A stretch of DNA of 64,000 bases from a virus: the IMG/VR virus record IMGVR_UViG_3300045988_045464, positions 1 through 64,000 of that record; one strand, given 5' to 3'. The notes beneath the pieces are model-generated. The model had not been told where the DNA came from. It did no database searches and saw only the letters and a list, made by a program, of their open reading frames with translations. Below are positions 49,379-57,893 of this stretch, in pieces. A program made the translations under genes and the position numbers. Each line of letters begins with the position of its first letter. The stretch's first letter is position 1.

Positions 49379-49746
49379 TTAAGCCAACCGTAGCTGAAAG
49401 TCTTCCTCTTATATTCTGGATGTTCAGCCGCGTATCTAGCTTCTCTTTCAAATGATATGTTTCTATAGGCAGTGTGAGCATTGCCACTAGCTAGTAATTT
49501 AATAAACCACTCTATTACATACCATAAATAGAAGAATACTATTCCCATTTCTAATATCTGTTTCGTGTGAGTCTTCTCATGTGTAACTGTAGCTTGACTC
49601 ATTCTCTTTATATAATCCTCACTTCTAGTAAACATAATAGCACAAATATTCATAAATGAATATCCTTTTACCGGAAGTAACGGATTGATAAAGAATAGCA
49701 ATCCTTTAGATTTGTCGTACTTAAATTTCATAGTTAATGCTTCCAT
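49366..49746 (-). CDS. small putative zinc metallopeptidase (HExxH)
   Basis: VTHEKTHTKQ contains an HExxH motif, followed by EMG/FEREA; 126 aa. Confidence 0.4.
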   Translation of the reverse strand: MEALTMKFKYDKSKGLLFFINPLLPVKGYSFMNICAIMFTRSEDYIKRMSQATVTHEKTHTKQILEMGIVFFYLWYVIEWFIKLLASGNAHTAYRNISFEREARYAAEHPEYKRKTFSYGWLKWIL

Positions 49747-50033
49747 TTAGCGGCATTTCTAGCGAAATTAGCTCTCTTCTTCTGTAACGGAGTCGCATTA
49801 GGATTGTTAAGTACAGACCTAGCATGTTCTTGAACACTCTGTCCAGCTTTCTTAGCTGATGCCGTAAATTTGCCGCGATTCTTCTTCTTAATATGAATCT
49901 TGCTTCCATTTTTATCTTTCCTTACTAACTTACTACCACATCTAAACATGGGAACCTCTTCTAGGTCCGCATCATCGAGTAACTCTTTCAGAGCCTCATT
50001 AATTCTTGATAATTCCTCTGCGTTAAATTCCAT
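49734..50033 (-). CDS. basic hypothetical protein
   Basis: 99-aa ORF with a Lys/Arg-rich C-terminus. Confidence 0.4.
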   Translation of the reverse strand: MEFNAEELSRINEALKELLDDADLEEVPMFRCGSKLVRKDKNGSKIHIKKKNRGKFTASAKKAGQSVQEHARSVLNNPNATPLQKKRANFARNAAKWKH

Positions 50034-50194
50034 AATTAAATTACATGTTAAATCACTTTTTTATTCACAAAGGTATTGCTAAATTTGCACATTATCAAAC
50101 AAATCAGATGAATTAATGATTTAAGGTGTCAATGTAAATAAGTAATAAAGAAACTAAACTATTATTAATCTCTAACCTTTAAATCAGTAGATTA

Positions 50195-50953
50195 ATGTTA
50201 TTGGGCAAACTAAAAGAGGTGTACAGGTGGATTGACAGTTGGAGTTCTGGTGTTAAGACGATAGTCATTATAATGCTTGCATTCTTGATGGTAGAGCTTC
50301 ATTTCTCTTCACACACTAAAGCTATTTTAGAAGATTATAGACAGGCAGCTGTTACGGAGAAGGTATTAGCTGAGAAATATACAGAGATGATTACTCCACA
50401 AGTTAACGGGCACATAGAGCATATTCTTATGGAAGATAAGGATGCGTCGAATGTCTTGTTATTGAATTACCATAATACCTTACAAAGTACACATGGTTTA
50501 TCATATCGCTATTTAACAGCTCTTACAGAGAAGAGAAGAGGGTATGAAACTAAGGCAACTATTAAGATATGGAAAGAGTTGGAGTATATTAACTACAGTG
50601 ATGAGCTTGAAAGGATTAATGACAATCAATTCATCAGAATGGATACTATTGAGAACTATCGTAGAACGTTCCCTAATTTAGTAGCTTTATTAGAGGACTC
50701 TGGGGCAAAATCTGCTGCGATGTACCCGATAGTAGGTATTGATGGACCAATAGGGTTAGTAGTAATTATCTATCCTAACGACAAGGAATACTATTTAGGA
50801 TACTACAATTCTGTTATTGCCCCATGCATTCAGCCTTTATCTACATTACTAGATTATAACTCAATTAGGAAGAAATTTAAAATGGATTATGAAAGTAGAC
50901 AAGAGGAACAAGGAAATATGTTACAACGATTCTTCCCATATGTATTGGAGTGA
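50195..50953 (+). CDS. hypothetical protein with N-terminal transmembrane helix
   Basis: 252-aa ORF. Confidence 0.5.
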   Translation: MLLGKLKEVYRWIDSWSSGVKTIVIIMLAFLMVELHFSSHTKAILEDYRQAAVTEKVLAEKYTEMITPQVNGHIEHILMEDKDASNVLLLNYHNTLQSTHGLSYRYLTALTEKRRGYETKATIKIWKELEYINYSDELERINDNQFIRMDTIENYRRTFPNLVALLEDSGAKSAAMYPIVGIDGPIGLVVIIYPNDKEYYLGYYNSVIAPCIQPLSTLLDYNSIRKKFKMDYESRQEEQGNMLQRFFPYVLE

Positions 50954-51812
50954 AATCGACAATACTATATACACTTCAGTAACAACAATGATACATGAGT
51001 TCTGTCAAAAGTTCGACAGTGATTTCTGGTCGCAGTACAAAGCATTACAGAAGCTATTAAGTGCTGAACAGTTTGCCATGGAGAAGAAGAGACTATTAGA
51101 AACTAAACGTTTTGATAAGAAGTACTTCTTAGACATGTACGATTTAAATGAGACGGAGTTTAATTCTGCACAACAGGATATACTGGATGAGTGGTCTAAA
51201 ACTAATGCCGATTCCAAGGAAAGAGGTACAAAGATTCATAGTGATTTGGAGCATCAATACTTAGGTAAGAGTTCATGCCAAATGAGAAGTTACGGTTTAG
51301 GCGGAACTTTTGAAGTTAATACTAATGAATCTTTAGAGAAGAATAACTTAGACCTACTAAGCATAGAAAGAGGAGTCTTCCCTGAATATATGATATACAG
51401 AAGGTCGGACGACAATAAGTTTAGGTTGGCAGGTCAAATTGACTTACTTATTAAGGACGGAAATGACATTTACATTGTTGACTACAAGACTAATAAAAGT
51501 ATTGACGAGAAATCTTACTTTGATACCAGGACTAAGAAGAGTCAAATGATGAAGTATCCTATGAATAATTTAATGGACTGTAATAAAGTACATTATACTT
51601 TACAACTATCTACCTATGCATGGATGCTTCAGAAATTAAATCCTGATTTTGTTATTAAGAAGTTATTGCTTATACATTATGACCATAATGGTAACGTTAC
51701 AGAACATGAGTTAGATTATCTTAAAGATGATGTGGAACGTATGTGTAAGCATTGGAAAAAACAGTGTATACTTGAGGAAATCAAGGAGAAGAGAAAGCCT
51801 ATAGAGTTCTAA
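50889..51812 (+). CDS. PD-(D/E)XK nuclease of the RecB/Cas4-like family
   Basis: GQIDLLIKDGNDIYIVDYKTNK (D...D/E-x-K) plus QLSTYAWM (the QxxxY motif of RecB-family nucleases). Confidence 0.6.
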   Translation: MKVDKRNKEICYNDSSHMYWSEIDNTIYTSVTTMIHEFCQKFDSDFWSQYKALQKLLSAEQFAMEKKRLLETKRFDKKYFLDMYDLNETEFNSAQQDILDEWSKTNADSKERGTKIHSDLEHQYLGKSSCQMRSYGLGGTFEVNTNESLEKNNLDLLSIERGVFPEYMIYRRSDDNKFRLAGQIDLLIKDGNDIYIVDYKTNKSIDEKSYFDTRTKKSQMMKYPMNNLMDCNKVHYTLQLSTYAWMLQKLNPDFVIKKLLLIHYDHNGNVTEHELDYLKDDVERMCKHWKKQCILEEIKEKRKPIEF

Positions 51813-51898
51813 TGAGCTAGTTCATAATCATAGAGTATCTTTCAAACTGGGATTTGAGATATTAAAAGTAAAGTATAATTAAAGCTCATTAGAAATCT

Positions 51899-52168
51899 AT
51901 GGGAATTACTAATATTGTAAATGGGCACTTGAACGAGTTACTGGGTAATAACGAAGAAATAGCTAGGGCTCGTATTAGAATATGTAAGAAGTGTCCTATT
52001 ATGAAGGATTCATTTATAGGGTATGTATGCAGTAGTAAACTGTGGCTGAACCCTAAAACAGGAGATATATCAACAGAACGTAAAGATGGTTATAAACGTG
52101 GATGCGGGTGTAGACTTAATGCTAAAGTTAGAGATATTAAGTCTTCATGTCCAGCATGTAAATGGTAA
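51899..52168 (+). CDS. zinc-ribbon small protein
   Basis: CKKCP...CSSK...CGC...CPAC. Confidence 0.45.
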   Translation: MGITNIVNGHLNELLGNNEEIARARIRICKKCPIMKDSFIGYVCSSKLWLNPKTGDISTERKDGYKRGCGCRLNAKVRDIKSSCPACKW

Positions 52169-52180
52169 ATGATTTAAATT

Positions 52181-52732
52181 ATGAGTAATAACGGAACAAT
52201 GGATGTAATGTTTGGGGGTAAAGGATTAAGCTTTGCCGGTGCAGATGGATTTAAAGATTTAAAGAAAGAAGCTGCTGTGGAAGCACATAATAAAGCAGTA
52301 GATACTTACACTAAAGCACTTAATAAGAACATTAAAGATGAATTGGAGAAAGCGGAGGAAGTAACAGAGAAGATGAATAGTATGGAAATTATGCCTATTA
52401 ATTCATACGTATTGGTTAGACCTTATGCTAAGAATCCGTATCAAAAGATAGAAGTGACTAAAGGCGGACTTATTATACCAGAATATGACGGAGCATTTAA
52501 GAATCCAGACACCGGAGAGAAAGATACAGAGTATCAACTTTCAGTTGTAGCTAATGTTATAGAAGTAAGTCCTTTGTGTAAGTTTATTAAACCGGGAGAC
52601 GATATATATTATAGGCGTTCTTCTGGAGTACCTGTTCCGTTCTTCAGACAAGGATTTGAAGTTGTAGCTGAACAGCAAGTGCAGGTGGTTATTAATGAAG
52701 GTTTAAAAGAACGATTTAAAAGTATAGAATAA
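52181..52732 (+). CDS. hypothetical protein
   Basis: 183-aa ORF. Confidence 0.5.
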   Translation: MSNNGTMDVMFGGKGLSFAGADGFKDLKKEAAVEAHNKAVDTYTKALNKNIKDELEKAEEVTEKMNSMEIMPINSYVLVRPYAKNPYQKIEVTKGGLIIPEYDGAFKNPDTGEKDTEYQLSVVANVIEVSPLCKFIKPGDDIYYRRSSGVPVPFFRQGFEVVAEQQVQVVINEGLKERFKSIE

Positions 52733-52956
52733 TGGAAGAGAAAGTGTTTTATCAACCAGGAGATGTAGTAACATTAAGACAAGACATCCCATATAAACCT
52801 CAGATGATTGTAGTTAAGAAAGAGACGATGACGTTTAGACCATCTAAGGATGAGAAGAAAGATGAATATTTCAAGGGTATTAGATGTAGATGGTTCTCTA
52901 CAAGAGGAGAGCTACAAGAAGCTATCTTTAATACTAAAGACTTAATTAAACTATAA
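52732..52956 (+). CDS. hypothetical protein
   Basis: 74-aa ORF with overlapping start/stop. Confidence 0.4.
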   Translation: MEEKVFYQPGDVVTLRQDIPYKPQMIVVKKETMTFRPSKDEKKDEYFKGIRCRWFSTRGELQEAIFNTKDLIKL

Positions 52957-53783
52957 TGGCAACTAAGTTTCAACAAGGTGGGCAGGACGACCAAGAGTTG
53001 TTCTCTGCCTACCTTATTAAGTTATTTAAGCCTAAGTCTCAGCAGGAGTTTGAGGATACTATATCCAAACTCTCAGAGAGGGAAATTAATGAAATCTATA
53101 AACAATACAAGAGTATGGAGAATAATCAAACTATCATGGCTAAGATGGGAGCCAAAATTAACTACATTAGCAGATTGCAAGGTAAGTGTCCAGAAGGTTA
53201 TGAGGTAGAGAGATTCATGGCTGGAGGATGTGTTAAATGTAGAAGGAAAGCAATGGCTGAAGGCAGTAAAGCTATGGACGTATTCAAAGATAAATGTGGA
53301 GGTAAAGCCAAGAGACGCATTAAGAAGAGCGAGAATGGTGATAAAATAGCAGTTAATAAGACTGATACTGTACACACCAGTAAGGGAATATATAATGTTA
53401 GTAATAAGAAGCTCCCTTATAAGAAGATGTCCAAAGCAGATTACAAAGGACTACCTTTAAAAGACAAAATGAAAGTTGATATGAAAGACCAGGCTAACGG
53501 CAGAGGTGCTAGCGGAGCAGGTGCAACTAGAGGTAGTAATATAGGTAAAAAGTTAAGCGGTGGCACTATTACTTCGTTCAAGTGCGGAGGAATGGCTAAG
53601 AAGAGAATTAAGAAGAATATGGGCGGAACTGTTAGCAATAAATGGAGTATTCCTAGTAAAGCTAGCGGTGATGCTATTAAACACATTAAAGGTGGACCAG
53701 GCTCAGCAGATAGCACTAGAGAAATGAAATTTAATGGGTTTCAGAGGAAAGCACTAGCTGGTAAGCCTTATAAAAACAAATAA
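52956..53783 (+). CDS. Lys-rich basic protein with an internal duplicated KCGGxAK+RIKK motif
   Basis: DKCGGKAKRRIKKSENG and FKCGGMAKKRIKKNMGG are repeated. Confidence 0.5.
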   Translation: MATKFQQGGQDDQELFSAYLIKLFKPKSQQEFEDTISKLSEREINEIYKQYKSMENNQTIMAKMGAKINYISRLQGKCPEGYEVERFMAGGCVKCRRKAMAEGSKAMDVFKDKCGGKAKRRIKKSENGDKIAVNKTDTVHTSKGIYNVSNKKLPYKKMSKADYKGLPLKDKMKVDMKDQANGRGASGAGATRGSNIGKKLSGGTITSFKCGGMAKKRIKKNMGGTVSNKWSIPSKASGDAIKHIKGGPGSADSTREMKFNGFQRKALAGKPYKNK

Positions 53784-53785
53784 AT

Positions 53786-54364
53786 ATGAAAGTATTCCTA
53801 TTTGATAATGGTACTAATTCGGTGATTGTGAATGAGCCAGAGGTTCTTCTTATTAAGGAGTTCGCAGCTCTATGGACTAATGAAAGGAATAAGACCAAAG
53901 AAGACCCTACGGGAGTTTGCAAATCAAGAGCTTATAGAGAGCTTGTTTACATATGGCTAATGTTAGATTGGGCATCTCCATACTCTGATTATACAGAACA
54001 GGAAAGGCATCAAGCATGTCTTCAGGATGCTAATTTAAGTGAAGAGGAATGGGCAGACCCAATCTTCAGAGCCGCATGTAGGAAGTACAGAGATATTCAA
54101 AACGAATCTAGAGCACTTAAACTCATTAAGTCTGCTCAAAGTGTAGTTGATAGAATTACTGATTACTTTGACACCATAGATTTATCTGAAAGAGACCCAG
54201 TTAATAATAAACCTGTTTGGAAAGTGGCTGATGTAATGAAAGAAATGCAGTCAGTTTCTAAGGTTATAGAAGAACTTAAAACTCTTGAGTATATGTACAA
54301 GAAAGAGCAAGAGGAAGAGACTGGAGTTAGAGGTGAAAGTGAAATAGGTTTTAACGACAGATAA
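53786..54364 (+). CDS. hypothetical protein
   Basis: 192-aa ORF. Confidence 0.5.
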   Translation: MKVFLFDNGTNSVIVNEPEVLLIKEFAALWTNERNKTKEDPTGVCKSRAYRELVYIWLMLDWASPYSDYTEQERHQACLQDANLSEEEWADPIFRAACRKYRDIQNESRALKLIKSAQSVVDRITDYFDTIDLSERDPVNNKPVWKVADVMKEMQSVSKVIEELKTLEYMYKKEQEEETGVRGESEIGFNDR

Positions 54365-54366
54365 TT

Positions 54367-54957
54367 ATGGCTGGACGTGGTAGACCTAAGAAGAAAGTCG
54401 AAGTTCCAGAAACAGTTCAAGAGTTAATACAAAGAGTAGAACCAGAATTGATAGAGGCTATTCCATACGTAGACCCTATTATAGAAGATAAATCAGTTAG
54501 TACGTCTAACATTGTATGGGATGTAACATTAGATACTGAGATTAAGCATTTCGACCCTACTCTATCTTATGAGCTGACTGGATATCGACCAGTGGATGAA
54601 GAAAGAGGATTAGATTTTAATCCAGAGTGGTTCACTGAAGCTAGACAGATTAAATTAAGAGACGGTAAATACTGTGCCTATCCTAAAGGAACTAAGAAGT
54701 ATAATGACTTCTGGACTGAAGAACATAGAAGATGTAATCAAGGATATGAATCACATGGGTATAGAATCACAGGTGATAATTACTTCTTCCTTAATTATTA
54801 TAGACTAAAGAACACCGATGTGTCTCAAGCTGGTACCGGTCGTGAAACTACATTCCCTTCATTCTTTAGTAAGCAGTATGAGTACTTCCATTACATAGAA
54901 ATGTGTGAGAAGTTGAAGAAGGATGTGTGCGCCCTTAAAGCTCGTGGAGTCGGTTGA
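54367..54957 (+). CDS. terminase large subunit, exon 1 (N-terminal part up to the first half of the Walker A)
   Basis: Ends ...ALKARGVG* (compare T4 gp17 SRQLGKT). The downstream ORF supplies KS..., restoring A-R-G-V-G-K-S. Confidence 0.6.
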   Translation: MAGRGRPKKKVEVPETVQELIQRVEPELIEAIPYVDPIIEDKSVSTSNIVWDVTLDTEIKHFDPTLSYELTGYRPVDEERGLDFNPEWFTEARQIKLRDGKYCAYPKGTKKYNDFWTEEHRRCNQGYESHGYRITGDNYFFLNYYRLKNTDVSQAGTGRETTFPSFFSKQYEYFHYIEMCEKLKKDVCALKARGVG

Positions 54958-55927
54958 CACAATAAACTAAAGCCGACTATAAATTCCGCAAAATCGGTGA
55001 AGACTAACGTGATTAATCACTTATTAAATTTAATATTATGACTAAGAAGGAACAATTAAAATTTATTGAGGATAACTATCCCTTATACAACAATCATATA
55101 TCTAACAGAAGAATAAGACATACATTCTTCGATACAATCGAAACTGAACTACAAGCTTATCTGCTTGGATTTTATGCCGCTGATGGCAGTATTGATGAGA
55201 AACGCAAAACCTTAAGAGTTCATTTGCAGTCTGGAGATTCTGAAATAGTGTACTTATTTAAAGATAGTATAAGTCCAGACGCTAGAACGTTTACCGTAGC
55301 ACCACATATTGTAACTGGAAGAAACGGTATGAAAGTAAATGCCCATGCATCATTTGGAGTTGACATTACTAGTTCCAAATTATGTAATGCCTTAGTAGAC
55401 TTAGGGATAGGATATAATAAAAGCGTAGCAGAACTCAAAATTCCAAGCATTCCTGAGGACCTTGTGAAACATTTCATCAGAGGTTATTTTGATGGAGATG
55501 GGTGTATTACTGGATGGTTAGCTACAGAGAAGGGTAAAGCTGACAGAGTTAGATATAAGTTTGATATATGTAGTAAAACAATTACTATGTTGTCTGATAT
55601 ACAGAAGGTTCTTTCTAAGAATGATATTAATGTAAATATTAATTATCTTAAACGTGATGATATGTATAGGATATCTACTTCATCTAAAAGCGAAGTGAGT
55701 AAACTATATCATTATCTATATGATGATGCTAATTTCTATTTATCAAGAAAGTTTAATAAGTTTAGTTACTATGTTAATACCGAGGTAAGTCAGCTCATCG
55801 CTGACCACCGTAACGCGCAGGAGGTGAACGTTAATGAGAGTAATAATCCTCCCACGAGTGCGGAACATTCTGTAAAAGAATGAATATGTGCGCTGACCTT
55901 ATAGGAAACTATAAGAAGTATAGGATA
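54958..55927 (+). other. candidate group I intron (~970 nt) interrupting the terminase gene and carrying a homing endonuclease ORF
   Basis: Exon 1 ends with an in-frame stop right after ARGVG. A free-standing LAGLIDADG ORF fills the gap. The exon-2 reading frame opens at 55847. Splice boundaries are approximate. Confidence 0.5.
55038..55883 (+). CDS. LAGLIDADG homing endonuclease (double-motif)
   Basis: Two LAGLIDADG motifs: LLGFYAADGSI and IRGYFDGDGCI. Confidence 0.8.
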   Translation: MTKKEQLKFIEDNYPLYNNHISNRRIRHTFFDTIETELQAYLLGFYAADGSIDEKRKTLRVHLQSGDSEIVYLFKDSISPDARTFTVAPHIVTGRNGMKVNAHASFGVDITSSKLCNALVDLGIGYNKSVAELKIPSIPEDLVKHFIRGYFDGDGCITGWLATEKGKADRVRYKFDICSKTITMLSDIQKVLSKNDINVNINYLKRDDMYRISTSSKSEVSKLYHYLYDDANFYLSRKFNKFSYYVNTEVSQLIADHRNAQEVNVNESNNPPTSAEHSVKE

Positions 55928-57640
55928 AAAAGCCTATACGGTAACAAAGTGTTTAGTGAAATTGCAGCATCTTTAGGAGTTAGGTTATATACAACTGTTA
56001 GAGGTTCACATACAGTATATGTAGCATTTACCGAGAAATTCGTTAGTGACGTACTTCGTAAATGCTGGGAGCAACTTGAGTATTTAAATGCTGATACAGA
56101 AGGCGGCATGAGACACCTAAGACAGAAATATAATTCTGATATGCATAAGAGAGCTTCTCTTCTTACTAAAGACAGAGAAGAATTTGGATTCATGTCAGAC
56201 ATTATTGGCTTCGTAGTAGATGTTCCTCGTAAACTCCGTGGAGACCGTGTGGATAGATTGTTCTTTGAAGAATCTGGTTCTAACCCAATCCTAGTAAAGA
56301 CTTACTTACAGAGTACAGCTCTTGTAGAAATTCTAGGTAATAAGTTTGGAACTAGATTTGTGTGGGGAACAGGTGGAGACCAGGGACCTGCACTTGACGG
56401 ACTTAGTAAGATGTTTTATAATCCAGCTGGATATAATTTCTTACCTTATAAACATAACCATACTAAAGACGGGTCTTATGCTTTTACCTCATTCTTCATA
56501 CCTGCCTATACATTCGTAGCAGCAAATGGATATGTAGACGATAGAGGAGTTACTAATACTGCGAAGGCTAAGAAGTTCTATTTAGACCAAAGAGAAGCTC
56601 TACTAGCTAACCCGAAGGAGCATTTAATTGCATGTGCAGAGTTCTGTTTTACTCCTGATGATGCTTTGGCTCTAGAAGGAGATAACCAGTTTAATACTGT
56701 ATTGTTAAGTGAGCAACTTGCTAATATTAAATTACATAAACTGGGACCACATATTGATGTAGGCCAGTTAGAGTATAATTTTACTAACAACCAGCACACA
56801 GAGGAAGCAATTGATAGTGTAAGATTTGTTAGTAATCCTAAAGGTAAGGTTAAGATACTTGAACATCCGATTAGAGGAGAACATGGAGCTGTACCTAGAA
56901 ATTTATATGTTGCTGGTATTGACGGTATTGATATGGGTGGTGAAGACACTTCTGATAAGACTCAAGACCCTTCTGATTTCTGTGTAGTAGTTAAAAAGAG
57001 AGCTTATGGGTTAGATGAACCTAAAATAGTGTGCTATTATAGGGACAGACCTAAGACTTTACGTGAAGCACATATGACATGTCTTAAGATATTGCAGTAT
57101 TACGATTGTCAGGCTGTTCTTGAATCTACTAGAATGTCTACTCTGCAATTCTTTAGAGAGAAACATAAAGAGAATAGACATTTGATGAGAAGACCTAGAG
57201 CTACTCAATCTGACATACAAGGAGGTCGTAGTAAACAATTCGGAGCTCCTGCTACTGAAGTAGTAATTAGGCATCAATTAGATTTAATAGCTCAACATAT
57301 AGAAGATTATTGTCATAATATATGGTTTGAAGAAATTCTAGAAGAAGCAATTAAATACAGTTATGAGAATAAACGTAAGTTTGATATTATAGCTGCATGG
57401 GGTATGTGCGAACTAGGAGACGAGGAATTAATGGGAGTAGTTCCTAAAGAAATGGACAGTCCTAATAACAAACTAAGACCTTTCGGTTATTGGGTTGACG
57501 AAAGAGGAATTAGACATAAAGGAGTTATTCCAGAGAAGCAACAGATAGTACCTAAGTTTAATTTATGGCCTACACAATACGATGACCCTACAAGAATTAG
57601 AAGTAGCAATCAGAGATTTATTCAAACAGATTTATCATAA
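55880..57640 (+). CDS. terminase large subunit, exon 2 (remainder of the ATPase plus the nuclease domain); the true exon start is probably near 55928
   Basis: ...YRIKSLYGNKVF supplies the K-S of the Walker A. A Walker B-like VDRLFFEESGS is present, and the C-terminal region has acidic RNase H-like nuclease motifs (VAGIDGIDMGG, CVVVK). Confidence 0.65.
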   Translation: MNMCADLIGNYKKYRIKSLYGNKVFSEIAASLGVRLYTTVRGSHTVYVAFTEKFVSDVLRKCWEQLEYLNADTEGGMRHLRQKYNSDMHKRASLLTKDREEFGFMSDIIGFVVDVPRKLRGDRVDRLFFEESGSNPILVKTYLQSTALVEILGNKFGTRFVWGTGGDQGPALDGLSKMFYNPAGYNFLPYKHNHTKDGSYAFTSFFIPAYTFVAANGYVDDRGVTNTAKAKKFYLDQREALLANPKEHLIACAEFCFTPDDALALEGDNQFNTVLLSEQLANIKLHKLGPHIDVGQLEYNFTNNQHTEEAIDSVRFVSNPKGKVKILEHPIRGEHGAVPRNLYVAGIDGIDMGGEDTSDKTQDPSDFCVVVKKRAYGLDEPKIVCYYRDRPKTLREAHMTCLKILQYYDCQAVLESTRMSTLQFFREKHKENRHLMRRPRATQSDIQGGRSKQFGAPATEVVIRHQLDLIAQHIEDYCHNIWFEEILEEAIKYSYENKRKFDIIAAWGMCELGDEELMGVVPKEMDSPNNKLRPFGYWVDERGIRHKGVIPEKQQIVPKFNLWPTQYDDPTRIRSSNQRFIQTDLS

Positions 57641-57893
57641 AGAATATGTGGCTAAATTAAAGCTAGAAGAGCTACAAACTGCCGAGGGGACACATAGGGG
57701 TTATAAGTTAACACTTGGCATGAATAATATAGACAAGCCACTTATTATATCGTTTGAGGGTGGTGAAGTAGCGTATCTTAAATTTCTTAGACAGGAATTA
57801 AGAGATAGAAGATTAGGCGACACACATTATTTCCTAGGATATAAACAATATAACGGATTAGAGAGTTGTAATGAGTGCACAGAACAGGAGTGA
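57582..57893 (+). CDS. hypothetical protein (overlaps the terminase 3' end; start uncertain)
   Basis: 103-aa ORF. Confidence 0.3.
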   Translation: MTLQELEVAIRDLFKQIYHKEYVAKLKLEELQTAEGTHRGYKLTLGMNNIDKPLIISFEGGEVAYLKFLRQELRDRRLGDTHYFLGYKQYNGLESCNECTEQE

